This document shows, one piece after another, positions 41,301 through 58,500 of a stretch of 64,000 bases of DNA. Positions within the stretch are counted from its first letter, which is position 1. Every line of letters starts with the position of its first letter. Below the pieces are notes generated by a model. It did not search any database. It was not told where the DNA came from and was given only the letters and a program-made list of their open reading frames with translations. The translations under genes and the position numbers were made by a program. Source of the DNA: an uncultured Gemmatimonadales bacterium (GTDB lineage Bacteria; Gemmatimonadota; Gemmatimonadetes; Gemmatimonadales; GWC2-71-9); NCBI GenBank assembly GCA_963728915.1, contig CAVSLV010000001.1, positions 1,600,001-1,664,000 of the forward strand, in the 5' to 3' direction.

Positions 41301-42882
41301 CAAGCGCTGCTCCCTTGCTTCCAGTGCAGGTCCTGCAAGGGGTCCTGCGAAGCCGGGCTTCGGCCCGAACCTGGTTCGTGACCACGGGGAGTCAGGCAGT
41401 TCGCTCAGTTGGGTCATCGCTCCTCTCGGCCGATCAGGCGGCGCTCTGGGGCGCGGCTCGGGTGGTGGCCGAAGAACATCCGGAGCTCTGGGGCGGGCTG
41501 ATCGACCTGGAGCCGGCCTCTCCCATTGATGGACAGGCCAGGGTCCTGGTGCGACACCTGTTGGCCGGCGATGGTGAGGATCAGGTTGCCTTCCGGGGGG
41601 AGGAGCGGTTCGCCCTGCGCCTCGCCCGCCTCGATCCGCCGGATCCCGGACACCACGGCTGGAGATCCGACGGGGCCTACCTCATCACCGGAGGTCTCGG
41701 GGGAATCGGACTCAAGCTCGCGTCGTGGTTGGCAGACCGGGGAGTTCGCCGGCTGATTCTCGCGGGGCGGAGTCCGCTGCCACCCCGGGAGCAGTGGCTC
41801 TCGCCGGACCACGACAAACTGACGGCGTCACGCATTGCCGCCATTCGTTCCCTGGAAGCGCGAGGGGTCGCGATCCAGATCGAGAGCCTGGATGTGGCGG
41901 ATGAAGCCCAGCTGGTCGCGTTCGCGGAGCGTTATCAGCGTGAGGCATGGCCTCCGATCCGGGGGGTATTTCACCTCGCGACCCATTTTGAGAACTCGCT
42001 GGCGGAGAGGATGACGCGCCAGGTCTTCGAGCAGGTCGTCGATTCGAAGCTCACCGCCGCCCGGTTCCTCGACCGGGTCTTTCCGGAGGTCGAGCGCTTC
42101 ATCGCATTTTCCTCGATCATGGCCTACTTGCCGCAAGCGGGCCAAGCCAACTACGCGGCAGCGAATGCGGGTCTCGAAGTCATCGCTGCGAACCGTCGCG
42201 CGCGGGGACTCGAGGCGGTGGCGATCGCCTGGGGCCCGTGGAAAGGCGTCGGACTCCTTCGGAAGGAGCGCGTCACCAACGCTGTCGCAGAGATGGAACG
42301 CCAAGGCATCCGAGACCTGAGTCCCGAGTCCGCCCTCGGAATGCTCTCCTGGCTGATCGCGGCGGATAGATCCCTGGCGGTGGCGGCCAAATTCGACTGG
42401 ATGGCGTTCCGGACCAACCGGGGGGACGGCCGTGGCCGCTCCTTCGGGACCTCCTGGCCGAAGCCGGCCCTCCCTCGCCATCGGAGCGGGAGCCGTCCTC
42501 GCGCCCGCCCGAGATGCACTATCGATCGATCGAGAAGCTGGTCGTTGAAACGGTATCGGCGGTCCTGAAACTCCCGGTCGACCGGCTGGATACCCAACGC
42601 GCGCTGGGCAGCTACGGACTCAACTCCCTCCTGGCCATGGAGCTCAGGAACCGTCTCGAGACTGTGCTGGAACGGCCCCTTTCAGCCACGATCGCCTGGA
42701 ACTACCCCACCATCGTCGCGCTGACCGGGTTCCTTGCCGGCGACTCCAATGCGACCCGGACCTCCAAGCCGGTCCAGGGCGCTCCAGCGGCATCGGTTGC
42801 CTGGGGCATCGCCGACGTCGCGGGTTTGTCCGACGAGGAAGCCATTATCGCGCTGCGGGCTGGGCGCCCCAAGTCCCCCTGA
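38367..42882 (+). CDS. type I PKS 1: KS-AT-KR-ACP (two apparent frameshifts)
   Basis: DTACSSS, HGTGT, GHTE; AT GHSMG/VASH; KR ITGGLGGIG...GQANYAAAN; ACP GLNSL. Joined from ORFs 38244, 39851 and 42514; single-base losses at about 39835 (C run) and 42420-25 (G run). Confidence 0.9.
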
Positions 42883-45800
42883 TGAGTCAGCCACCGATCC
42901 CTCTGACGGGAGTCTCGTCGCTTCAATTGGCCCTCCTGGCCGACGGCGCGAGAGCTCAGTTCCAGCGGTTGCTGGACGCCGATCCGATCGCCGTGGTGGG
43001 ACTGGCGTGCCGACTCCCCGGGGCGTCGTCGGCCGGAGAGTTCTGGGAGTTGTTGCACGCGGGGCGGACCGCCATTCGCGACGTGCCTCCGGACCGCTGG
43101 CCCGCGGATGCCTGGTATGACCCGGATCCCTCGGCTCCCGGCAAGGCCCTCGCCATGCGGGCTGGGTTCCTCGACCGAATCGATCTCTTCGATGCGGAGT
43201 ACTTCGGAATCCTGAGCCGTGAGGCGCAACGGATGGATCCCCAGCAACGATTGCTGCTCGAAGTCGCGATCGAGGCCCTGGATGACGGTGGATTTTCCCG
43301 GTCGAGCCTGGCGGGGCAGAAAGCCGGCGTGTTCATCGCGAGCTATCACAGCGACTACGCCCGGCTCCAGTATCAGGATCCCGAATCGATCGATGCCCGA
43401 ACCCTGACGGGCACCCTGCACAGCATCGTGGCCAATCGACTGTCGTACCTGCTCGATCTCCGGGGCCCGAGCATCTCCATCGACACGGCGTGCTCGTCCT
43501 CCCTCGTCGCGGTGCACCTGGCCTGCCAGAGCCTGCGGACCGGCGAGAGCACGCTCGCACTGGCGGGCGGGGTTTCCCTGCTGGTCGGCCCGGAGCTCCT
43601 GGTGGCCGAATCGAAAGTCGGTTTCATGGCGCCCGACGGTCGATCCAAGTCGTTCGATGCGGAAGCCGAACGGGTTCGGCCTGGGAGAGGGCTGCGGCGT
43701 GGTGGTGCTGAAGCGGCTCGCCGATGCCGTCGCCGACCGGGACCGGGTTCTCGCGGTCATGCGGGGTTCGGCGGTGAACCAGGACGGGCATTCGACTCTG
43801 CTCGCCGCGCCGAATGGAATCGCCCAGAAGGAGATGATCGAGATCGCCCTGGCCAGAGCGCAGGTCGATCCCTCCCGGATCGGCTTCGTCGAGGCGCATG
43901 GCACCGGCACGGCGCTCGGGGATCCCATTGAAGTCGAGGCCCTCGCCGCCACCGTGGGACGGACAGTGCCGGGCGCCGACCCGTGTTATGTCGGCGCGGC
44001 CAAAGCCAATCTCGGCCACCTCGAAGCCGCCGCGGGTGTGACCGGCCTGATCAAGGCGGTCCTGGCGCTCCAGCACGAGGCGATCCCGCCGCAGCCGAAT
44101 TTCACCCGCCTCAATCCTCACATCGCGCTGGAGGGAACCCGACTCGCGATTCCGACCCAGCTCATCCCCTGGCCGCGCGGCCGCCATCCCCGCCTCGCCT
44201 CCACCAGCTCGTTCGGCGTCGGGGGGACCAATGCCCACGTGATCCTGGAAGAGGCGCCTCAGCTTCCGGTTTCCGGGAGTCAACCAACCCGGGGACTGCT
44301 GCTGCCGTTGTCCGCTCGCAGTCCCGACGCGCTTCGCGCTCTGGCGGAGCGATGGGTGGACTTTCTCACGGAGGACGCCCCGTCGGTCAACGATCTCAAT
44401 TTCACCGCCGCGGAGCGGCGGAGCCACTACGAACATCGCCTGGGAGTGCCGGGACGCTCGATCGCGGAATGGCGAAGCGGCCTTGAAGGGGTCCTCCGCG
44501 ACCAGCCGGTTGGAATCGCGACGGGGCACGCCGCCTCGCGTCCCCGGGTCGGCTTCGTGTTCAGCGGACAGGGTCCCCAGTGGTTCGCGATGGGCCTGCG
44601 AGCTGCTTCGGGAGGAGCCGGTCTTTCGGAGCAAGCTGGAAGAATGCGACATCGCGTTTCGCGCGCTGGCCGGCTGGTCCCTGCTCGGCGCGCTCGCTGC
44701 ATCGGAGGGGGAATCCCGACTCCAGGAAACCGAGATCGCCCAACCCGCGATCTTCGCGCTACAGGTCGCCCTGGCTGCGCTGTGGAATTCCTGGGGAGTC
44801 TCCGCCGATGGAGTGGTGGGCCACAGCGTCGGGGAAATTGCCGCGCTGCACGTGGCCGGGGTGCTCGACCTCGAGGAGGCACTCCGGATCGTGTGGCACC
44901 GAGGGCAGGATCATGCAGGAGGCCACCGGACTGGGCCGCATGGCGTCGGTGGGCTGCACGCCCGAGGTGGCGGAACAGATTGTGGCCTCCTCCCCGGGAA
45001 TCAGCATCGCGGCGATCAACGCCCCGAGAAGCGTGGTGTTGTCGGGCGAGAGCCGTGCCCTGGAGAGCGCCCTGGCCTCGATCGCATCCCGGGGAATGAC
45101 CCATCGGGTGCTCCCGGTGAACTACGCCTTTCACAGCGCCCAGATGGATCCCTTCCGGCAACGGATGGTGTCCGCCCTCGGTACGGTTCGATCGCGGTCG
45201 CGCCGCGATCCCGGCCTATTCGACGGTCACCGGGGGGTCCGCCGCGGGGGTCCGCTTCGACGCCGAGTATTTCGGACGCAATCTCCGGCAGACGGTCCAG
45301 CTCTGGAGCGCGGTGAGCAACATGCTGGAGGACGGGTTCCAGGTCTTCCTGGAAATCGCCCCGCATCCTGTCCTGGGCAGCTCGATCGCCGAGTGCGCTT
45401 CGCATCGCTCTCGGGAGGTCACGGTCCTGACTTCCCTTCGTCGCCAACGTCCCGAACGAGAGACCATGCTGCAGGCCTCCGCGGGGCTGTATTGCGCGGG
45501 TCTCGACCTGAACTGGAGCGCGATCCGAGGCACTCCCGGCCAGGTGGTCTCGCTGCCCTCTTATCCGTGGCAGCGGAAACGTCACTGGCTGCCGTTGGGT
45601 CACCAGGGCCGGCCTGGATCGGGAGTGGAGCATCCCTTCCTGGGCCGGCGGGTTCACGGCGCCGAGTCTGCCGCTCTGGTTTTCGAGGGAGAATGGAGTC
45701 CTGACCTGGCCTGGCTCGCGGACCACCGGATTCAGGGCCGGGTCCTGATGCCCGCTGCTGCGATCATGGAAGGATTCGTCGCTGCGGCGCGCGCTGCGCT

Positions 45801-48800
45801 CGGGCCGGAGTCTCCGGTGCTGTCGGGATTCATCATCCATCGCCCGATGGTGTTGCCAGAGGAGGGAGCTGGCGCGATGGCAGGTGGTAGCGACACCAGG
45901 CTCGCCGGGCCGAATCGAGCTGGCCTGCTACCAGGCGACGCCGGCCACCCGGAGCACGGCGGCTTCCTGGACCAGGGTGGCGAGCGCGACCGCGGAAGCC
46001 ACCGCTCCTCCCTCGAGCCGGCCGTTGACGAACTCCCTCGAAGTGAGCTCGGCCCCAGGTGAGATCTACGAGCTCTATGAAAGAGTCGGCGTCTCTTTCG
46101 GACCATCGTTCAGGACGTTGACGGATATCCGGCGAGGGAGCGAGGTCGCCCGGACCGAGGTCACCTTACCGGAGCATCTCGAGGCCGGGGCCGGGCGGCA
46201 CATCCTGCACCCCGTTCTGCTCGACGGCGCTCTTCAGTCCTGCATGGTCGCGGGACCCCTGAGTGGTGAGGCTGCTCCTCAGCAGCTCTTCCTGCCACTG
46301 GGGGCCGACCGGATCTGGCTCAAGGGGTCCCATGCGTCGCCGCTGCGGGTACAGGTGCACATCATTCCCGGTGACACCGGGTCGCTGACCGCCAACCTGA
46401 CGATCGAGACCTCGGGGGAGAGCTGGTCGGGCTCATCGAGGGAATGCGGTTCGCGCCGGCAGCCGCTCCGGCGCGTGACGCCCGGACGCCGATCGACGAC
46501 ATCCTCTACGATGTCGAGTGGATCACCGAGAGGGACCTGCCGGGTTCGCCGGCCCGGGAGGTTTCGGGCGACTGGCTCATTGTGAGCGACCTGGGCGGTA
46601 TGGGGGAGGACCTGGCTTCGGGGATCCAGGCCGCCGGAGGACACCCGCGACATCGTGTCGGCCGGCAAGTCGGCCGAGGTGATTCAGCGGCTCATCGGCG
46701 AGCGGTCCTGGCGTGGGTGGTCCACCTCGCGAATCTCGATCTTCCGCCTTTGGGTGGCGGAGGCTCTCCCGGAGCAGTGGACCGCATGGGGTGAGCGAGG
46801 ACGACGCGCTGGGGCTCGGTTCCCTGCTCGCCGTCGGTCAGGGTGTTGCCGCCTCCGGTTCAAAGCGCCCCGGACCTCTTCGTCATAACCCGCGGGGCGC
46901 ATGTGGTGACTGGAGCCGAAGGGGCTGATACGCTCCAGCCGCGTGCCGCGGGAGCCTGGGGCCTGGCCGACGTCATCGCGGTCGAAAACCCTGGCGTCAG
47001 GGTGCGGCGGATCGATCTCGATCCCGAGGGAGCACCCCACCAGGCGGACGCGCTGCTCAACGAGATGATCACAGGCGGAGACACGGTGGGCGTCGCCCTC
47101 CGGAATGAGGCCCGGTGGGCCCGCCGTTTGGTCCGCCACCGCAGAGGGCCCGGCGGAGCCGATGTGCCACGCCGCCTGCTCGCCGGGCAAACCGGCACCC
47201 TGGACAGCCTTTCCCTGCGGCGATTCGAACCTGTCCCGGTCGGCCCGCGGGAGGTTCGTCTCACGGTGCTCGCCGCGGGGCTCAACTTCCGTGATGTCCT
47301 GGTTGCGCTTGGCATGTATCCCGGCGACCCCGTGGAGATTGGAGTGGAATGCGCGGGCCGGGTGGTGGAGGTGGGCAGCGCGGTCTCGGAGTTTGCGGTC
47401 GGCGATCGAGTCTTCGGCTTCGCCCCCGGGAGCCTTGCGACCGAAGTCGTGGTGCCGGCGCATTACCTCGAGCGGGTGCCCGACCGCTTCGACGACACCA
47501 CCGCGGCGGGACTCCCGATCGCCTATCTCACCGCCTGGTACGGGCTCGACCGGCTTGGCCGGCCTCAAGGCCGGAGAGCGCGTGCTCATCCACGCGGCGG
47601 CGGGCGGGGTTGGACTCGCGGCGGTGCATCTGGCCCGTCGCACCGGCGCGGAGATCTTCGCCACCGCGGGGTCTCCCGAGAAGCGGGCCTTCCTCCGCGA
47701 GCTCGGCGTCCCGCACGTGCTGGATTCCCGTTCCCTGGCCTTCGCGGATCAGATCCTGGCGCTCACCGGCGGAGGGGGAGTCCAGGTGGTGCTGAACTCC
47801 CTGGCGGGCGAGTTCGTCGCCGCCAGCCTCTCCGTGTTAGGGAGCGGGGGGCGGTTCCTCGAGCTCGGGAAACGGGACGGAATGTCGGCCGAACGGGTGG
47901 CCGCGAGCCGACCCGATGTGAAATACTACCGCTACGACCTTGGCGCCCTGGCCCAGGCCGACGAAACGCTGCTCCGTCCCATGCTGCGCGAGCTGATACG
48001 AGCCTGGGAGGATGGGTCGCTTCCCCTGCTGCCGGTCCGGGGCTTCGCCCTGGAACGCGCCGCCGATGCGTTCCGGTTCATGGCCCAGGCAAGGCATATC
48101 GGCAAGCTGGTGCTGGTGCCGACTCGAACCAGCGGGGTCGCGATTTCCCCCGACGCGACCTACTGGATCACCGGCGGTCTGGGGGCCCTCGGGCTCGCCA
48201 CCGCCCGATGGCTGGCGAGCTGCGGGGCAGGAACCCTCGTTCTCACCGGACGGCACCCCCCGAACCAGTCGGCGGCCACGGCAATCCGCGATCTGGCCGG
48301 CGCGGGCATCGACGTGCAGGTCCTGCCTGGTGACGTCGGCGACCCAGCCACGGTCCGGGCGCTTCTCGACCGGATCGGCCAGACCCTTCCACCGCTTCGC
48401 GGGATCGTCCATGCGGCCGGATCGCTGGCAGACGCGATTCTGCCGAATCAGTCATGGGAGAAGAACCGCGACGTCCTGCACGGGAAAGCGCACGGGGCCT
48501 GGTGGCTGCACCACCTCACCCGTGATCTCCCTCTCGATTTTCTGATCTTCTATTCGGCGGCGGGGACACTGCTGGGGCCCCGGGACAGGGACTCTATCCC
48601 GCGGCGAACGCGATGCTGGATGCCCTCGCCCAGGCGCGCCGGCGAAGCGGCCTCCCCGCCACCAGCGTGGCGTGGGGCGCGTGGGGCGACGGGGGGATGA
48701 CCGCGGAGCTCGCCAGCCGCGGCAACGATCCCTGGGCGGCACGTGGCCTCGAGCCGATTGGGCCGGGAATTGCCTTCCCTGCCCTCGAACGGCTACTGAA

Positions 48801-49352
48801 AGACGAGACGGTCCATGGTGCGGTGATGGCAGTCGACTGGTCCCGCTTTCTGTCCCGATTGCCGGCCGGCCTCGATCAGAAGTTCTTCGCGGCGGTCACC
48901 TCCGCACCATCGAAGCCGGGCAGGCCAGGAGCAGATTCAGCGAGCTTTCTGCAGCAGCTTCGTGGCCTCACTGCGAGCGAGCGCCGCCCCACCCTCCTCC
49001 AGCATCTTCTGAAAAGTGCTCACGCAGCCCTCGGCGAGACGAAGCCGCTTGATCCTTCGAGTCCCCTCCGGGAAGCCGGGCTCGATTCTCTCATGGCGGT
49101 TGAGCTCCGGAACATGCTCTCCCGGTCGCTCGGTCAGCAGCTCCCCGCGACGCTCCTGTTCGACTACCCGAGTCTCGATGCCCTCGCGAATCACCTGGCC
49201 AGGCGACTCGGTCTCGACAGCAACGAAGGAGTCGGTGACCGGACCAACGGACCGCCCGACCCGACGGATTCCGGTTTCGCGCGACTTTCCGACGAGGAGG
49301 CCGAGCTGTTGCTGCTCGCCGAGCTGAATCACCCAGCCTCGAGATCGAAGCC

Positions 49353-49356
<4 letters not shown>
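42882..49356 (+). CDS. type I PKS 2: KS-AT-DH-ER-KR-ACP (about ten apparent frameshifts)
   Basis: DTACSSS, HGTGT, GHLE; AT GHSVG/YAFH; DH DHRIQGRVLMP + [30 protein letters not shown]...GQGLYPAAN; ACP GLDSL. Pieces are in ORFs 42882, 43657, 44483, 44580, 45313, 45884, 46444, 46843, 47105 and 48613. Confidence 0.88.
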
Positions 49357-52561
<3,205 letters not shown>

Positions 52562-52565
<4 letters not shown>

Positions 52566-55500
52566 GCAACGAAGCCCTCACCCCACTGCACCGCACCTTT
52601 CTCGCTCTGGAGCAGACCCGGGCCAGGCTGGACGCCCTGGAGCACGCCCGGCGAGAGCCCATCGCGATCATCGGGCTGGGGTGTCGAACACCGGGTGGAG
52701 GGGTCGATTCCGAGTCGCTCTGGCAGATTCTTCGGGAAGGACGGGACGCGGTTGGGCCCATTCCGCCGGACCGATGGGATGCCGATCGCGCCTTTTCGCC
52801 CGATCCCGATGCGCCGGGCAAGAGCGTCACCCGCGATGGCGGATTCCTCGAGGACGTTGCGGGGTTCGACACCGATCTCTTCGGAATTGCGCCGCGCGAA
52901 GTCGAGGGCATGGATCCGCAGCAGCGGCTCCTCCTCGAAGTGGGCTGGGAAGCGCTCGAGAACGCGGCCGTAGCCCCCGACCGGTTGCAGGGTTCGCGCA
53001 CCGGGGTGTACATCGGGATCGCGAGCAGCGACTACCTGCATCTGTTGCTGCGAGCCGGTGATCCCGATCTCCTCGGTCCGCACTTCATGTCGGGAATCGG
53101 GCATTCGATCGCCTCGGGACGGCTGTCGTATCTCCTCGGGTTGCAAGGCCCGAGCTTTCGATCGATACGGCCTGCTCTTCCTCGCTGGTGGCGGTCCATC
53201 TGGCCTGCCAGGCGCTCCGGGCGGGGGAGTGCGACTCCGCCCTCGCCGGCGGGGTGAACCTCATGCTTTCCCCCGACATCGCGGCGGCGTACTCCCGATC
53301 CCGGATGCTCTCGCCGGATGGCCGGTGCAAGGCGTTCGATGCCGACGCCAATGGGATCGTTCGGGGTGAGGGCTGCGGGATCATCGTGCTGCGCCGTCTC
53401 TCGGAGGCCCTCGCCCGGGGGGACCGCGTCCTCGCCGTCATCCGAGGGTCGGCCGTGAACCAGGATGGTCCGAGCAGCAGCCTGACCGCGCCCAACGGAC
53501 CATCCCAGGAAGCGGTCATCCGGGAGGCGCTGATTTCGCGGGCGCGACCCCCGATCAGATCGACTACCTCGAAGCCCACGGAACCGGCACCCCGCTCGGC
53601 GATCCCCTGGAAATCGGAGCGATCGGGAAGGTATTCGGCCGCCGAGCCGGCGAACCGCTGCTGGTGGGGTCGGCCAAGACCAACTTCGGCCACCTGGAAG
53701 CCGCGGCCGGCATCGTCGGGCTCATCAAGGTGGTTCTCTCCCTGGCGCACCGGGAGGTCCCCCCGCACCTGCACTTCCGGTCCCCTAACCCGCACATCCC
53801 CTGGGACGAGCTGCCCATCCGGGTCCCGACCGGGATCACTCCCTGGCCGGCGCGGACCGGACCAGGGCTCGCCGGTATCAGCTCGTTCGGCTTCAGCGGG
53901 ACCAACGCGCATGTCGTGGTGGAAGGCGCGCCCGCGCCGGCCGCTCCGATGCCGGCGCGGGATCGTCCCATCCAGATCCTGACCTTGTCCGCCCGAAGCG
54001 AACCGGCGCTCCGCCAGATGGCGAGCCGGACCGCGGCAGCACTGGCCCAGGCCACCGACGGGGACCTTGGCGATGTCGCCTACACCCTGAATACCGGGCG
54101 AGCCACCCTTCCGGAGCGCGCGGTGATCCGGGCCGGCTCCCTGGGTGAGGTCCGCGAACGGCTGGCGGCACTGGGGCGCGGCAGCGAAGACCAGGCGGTC
54201 ACGACCCGGCGGGTTCCAAGCGGCGCACGGCCACGCGTCGGGTTCCTGTTCACCGGCCAGGGCTCCCAGTACCCCGGGATGGGACGCGATCTCTACGAGT
54301 CGTCCACCGTCTTCCGCCGGGCCTTCGACCAATGCGCCGATCTGTTCGATCCGGAGCTCCCAGAGCCCCTGCGGGACGTCATCTTCGGACCCAGCGAGGC
54401 CTCCCCGATTCATCAGACCGGCTTCGCCCAACCGGCGCTTTTCTCGCTTGAATACGCTCTGGCCGAGCTCTGGAAAAGCTGGGGAGTCACCCCGGTGGCC
54501 GTGCTGGGGCACAGTATCGGCGAGGTGACCGCCGCATGCATCGGGGGCGTCCTGAGTCTCAGCGATGCTGCCCGACTGGTGGCCGCGCGAGGGCGACGGA
54601 TGCAGGCCTTGCCGGCCGGGGGCGGGATGCGCGCGGTCTTCGCTCCCCTGCCGACCATCGAGCCCTTCCTTCGCCAGGCCGGGCCAGGGCTGGAGGTCGC
54701 GGCGATCAACGCCCCCGAGCACGTCGTGGTGGCGGGACCGCTTCGGGCTCTCGAGAAGCTGGGCGAGGAGCTGCAGAAGGCGGGGGTCCGGAACAAACCC
54801 CTCGCGGTCTCACACGCATTCCATTCGGCGCTGATGGAGCCAGCCCAGGCGGGATTCGAGAGCGATCTCGCCGGCATGCCGTTCGGTCTTCCCACCATCC
54901 GGGTCGTCTCGAATCTCACGGGCGACCTGGTCGACGGCGGATGAGCAGCGCGGGTTACTGGCGGGACCAGAATCCGCCGGCCGGTCCTGTTCGCCAGAGG
55001 AATGGAAACCCTGGCGGCCCAGCGTTGCGACCTCCTGCTGGAGCTGGGTCCCGCTCCGGTGCTGTCGTCACTGGGGCAGCAATGCCTGGGCGGAGAGGCC
55101 GCGACCTGGTGCGCGTCGCTCCGGTCCGGCCGCCCCGACTGGGAGCAGATCCTGGACGCGCTGCAGTCGGTGTATCTGCGCGGTGTGCCGATCGATTGGG
55201 AGCGGTTCGATCAGGACTATCATCGGCACAAGCGCGACCTGCCGACCTACCCATTCCAGAGGACCAGGATCTGGTTCCGGGCCAGGCCGGACTTCGCCAC
55301 CGTACGGCGGGACGAAAGCGCCCACCCCCTGCTGGGCCGCCGACTTCCCTCGCCGCTGCCTCAGGCCCAATTCGAGTCTCGGCTTTCCGCCGACAGTCCC
55401 GGCTTCATCCGGGACCACGATGTCGGCGGAGTCATTCTCCTCCCCGGAACCGCATACCTGGAAATGGGACTGGTCGCCGCGAAAACCCTGTTCGGTTCTC

Positions 55501-58500
55501 GCGCCAACCGGGTCGTCAACGTGGTGTTTCGAGAGGCGATGACGTTCGGCGAGTCCGAGACGCGAACCGTGCAGACCATCGTTGAGCCGAGCGCGGACGG
55601 CCTGGCATCGTTCCGGGTGCAGAGCCTTCGGAGCGATGGAGCCCAGTGGACCCTGCATGCAGAAGGCCAGATCGCACTCGAACCCGAGGCCGAGCTCACG
55701 AGTCCAACGCCAGTGGCGAGCACCCCGGCCTCCGCGAGGGTGATCCAGCCCGAGGAGTTCTACCAGACCCAGCGGAACCGGGGATACGAGTTCGGACCGT
55801 GCTTTCGTGGGGTTCAATCGATAACCGCAGTCGGTGGTCAGGCGGTAGGGAAGGTCGAGCTTCCCCAGGATCAGGAAGAAGCGGCTCGCTATGTCGTCCA
55901 CCCGGCGCTGATGGACGCGTGTTTTCAGGTCGCCGGCGCCACCCTTCCGAGCACCAGCCTGGCCAACCTCTACCTCCCGATTTCAGTTAGACGGTTCGCG
56001 CTGTGGCGGCCGCCTGGGATTCGATGCACCAGCCAGGTGAATCTGCGCCCGGGCCGAGGAGACTCGGTCCACGAAGTCGACCTCCGGATCTTCGATGCCG
56101 ACGGTGAGGTGGCGGCGGAAATCGAGGGATTGGCGTTTCAGCGTGTCAGTGCGACTGCCCTCTCCCGGATCAGTACTCGTCACCTGATCAACGAGGAATA
56201 CGAAATCCGCTGGGAAGCGGTGCCCGCCGCCAGTACCGGCCCACCGGCCGCCGCCGAGCTGGCACGGCGCGCCACGGCCCGTCTCGGGTCGCTCTCGGTC
56301 GAACACCGGGTGGAGCAAGCGGACGCTCTCCTGACTCGCCTGGAGAGACTCTCGGGAGAGTGGACCGAGTGGATTCTGGCCGAAGTGGGATGGAACCCCG
56401 TTCCGGGGCAAACGGAGGCGGTGAGCGCGATTGCCTCGCAGCTGGGGATCGTTCCCAGGCATGCACGACTCTTCAGCCGTCTCCTCGAGATCTACGCCGA
56501 GGATGGCGGTGCATCCGTCACGGACGGACGGGTAACCGCTCACCGGAAGCCCCGCCACCGGGAAGCCACCCGAGTGCTGGAATCCCTGACCCAGGAAAAC
56601 CCCGACTCGGCTGAGCTGGCCCTTCTCAAAGGAACCGTCCCGGGTTTCCCCGCGGCTCTCCGCGGACAATGCGATCCCCTGCAACTGCTTTTCCCGAACG
56701 GTTCGACCGAAACCGCGGAACGACTGTACACCGATTCACCGATGGCCAGGCTCTATAACTCCCTGGCGGCCGATGCGTTCGAGGCGATTCTCCAGGCCGC
56801 GCCCGCCGATCGCCCACTCCGAGTGCTGGAGATCGGCGGTGGAACCGGTGGGACCACTTCCCACCTCCTCCCGCGAATCGGCGCCCGGCCGGTGAGCTTC
56901 ACCTTCACCGACCTTGGCGACTCATTCGTGATGCGGGCGCGGCGGAAGTTCGCTGAATTCCCCGGCCTTCAATACCGGACTCTCGACATTGAGAGATCTC
57001 CGGCCGAACAGGGGCTCGGCGAGTCCCGGTTCGACGTGATCATTGCGGCCAACGTGCTCCACGCGACCGCCGACATGCGCCGCACGGTGGAGCACGTCCG
57101 AAGCCTGCTCGCCGACGGTGGCATCCTTCTGTTACTGGAGATTACCGCACCCCAGCGCTGGTTCGATTTGACGGTGGGCCTGACCGAGGGCTGGTGGAAG
57201 TTTGCCGACCCCGACCTCCGAACCCGGTACACCACTCTGAATGCGGAGCAATGGAATCAGCTCCTCGGGGAATGCGGTCTCGAGGTCGCAACCGCCATCC
57301 CTGAGGAGACGGCGACCTGGTCGATGCAACGCCAGCAGCTCTTCATCGGGAAAGCGGCCGACCGGACCGTCGAACAGAAACCCGATCGCGCCTGGCTGAT
57401 TCTGGAAGATCGGGGCGGGATCGGCGCTCAGCTGGCGGGTGCGCTCAGAGGCCAGGGCGATCGGTGCGCGGTGGCCGGTCCGCAGGGCGAGGACGGCCTT
57501 GGCGCGAGCGAAGCGCATTCCCGATTGCTCCGTGAAGCGAAACACCTCCTCGGTCGCTTCGAGGTGGTGGACTTGAGGTGGCTCGATACTTCCGAATGGG
57601 GAGCAACCATCGACACCCTCGACGTGCTTCAGCCCAGGGTGACCGATACCCTGGCGCTGGTCCATGCCATCCTGCACGAGTGTCCGGACGCGCCACCGCG
57701 ACTGCTCACGATCACCAGAGGCGCCCAGGCCGCCGACGGAGTGACTCCCCTCTCTCCCTTCCAGGCGGCCGCATGGGGGATGGGCCGGACGATGATTCTC
57801 GAGCATCCGGAGCTCCGTCCGATCCTCGTCGACCTGGATCCGGGGTCTGATCCGGACGAAATCGCCCGCCTCGTGGGGGAGCTTCGTTCGGAGGCTCCAG
57901 GCGCGCAGGTGGCATTTCGAGATGGGGAACGCCGGGTTGCGCGACTCTCGCGCCATGTCGCTCCCATCAGCTCCGCCGAGCCGCGCACCGAAAGCAATAC
58001 CACCCTCGTGGCGAGCGCACCCGGGCTCCTCGAGAACTTGAAGTTGGTCGCTTGCGACCGGCCCGCGCCTGGGCCGGGGGAAGTCGAGGTGGAGGTCGAA
58101 ACGACCAGCCTCAACTTCCGGGATGTCCTGAATTTGCTGGGCCTTTACCCTGGGGACCCCGGTCCGCTGGGAGGTGAATGCGGCGGCCGGGTAACCCGGC
58201 TTGGTCCGGGCGTCACCGGTCTCACTCCCGGCGACCGGGTGGTGACTACGGTCCCCGGCGCCTTCTCGCGATTCGTGGTCAACCGGGCTTCCCTGGTATT
58301 CCCGATTCCTCCAAAGCTTGCGATGGCCGAAGCGGCGGCGCTTCCCTTTGCCTACCTCACCGCGGCCTATGCCCTCCGGAAGCTGGCTCGCCTCGAGGAG
58401 GGAGAGACCATCCTGATTCATGCGGCGGCAGGCGGGGTGGGCCTGGCCGCCGTGCGGTTGGCCCAGCGCACGGGGGCGAAGATCTTCGCAACCGCAGGCA

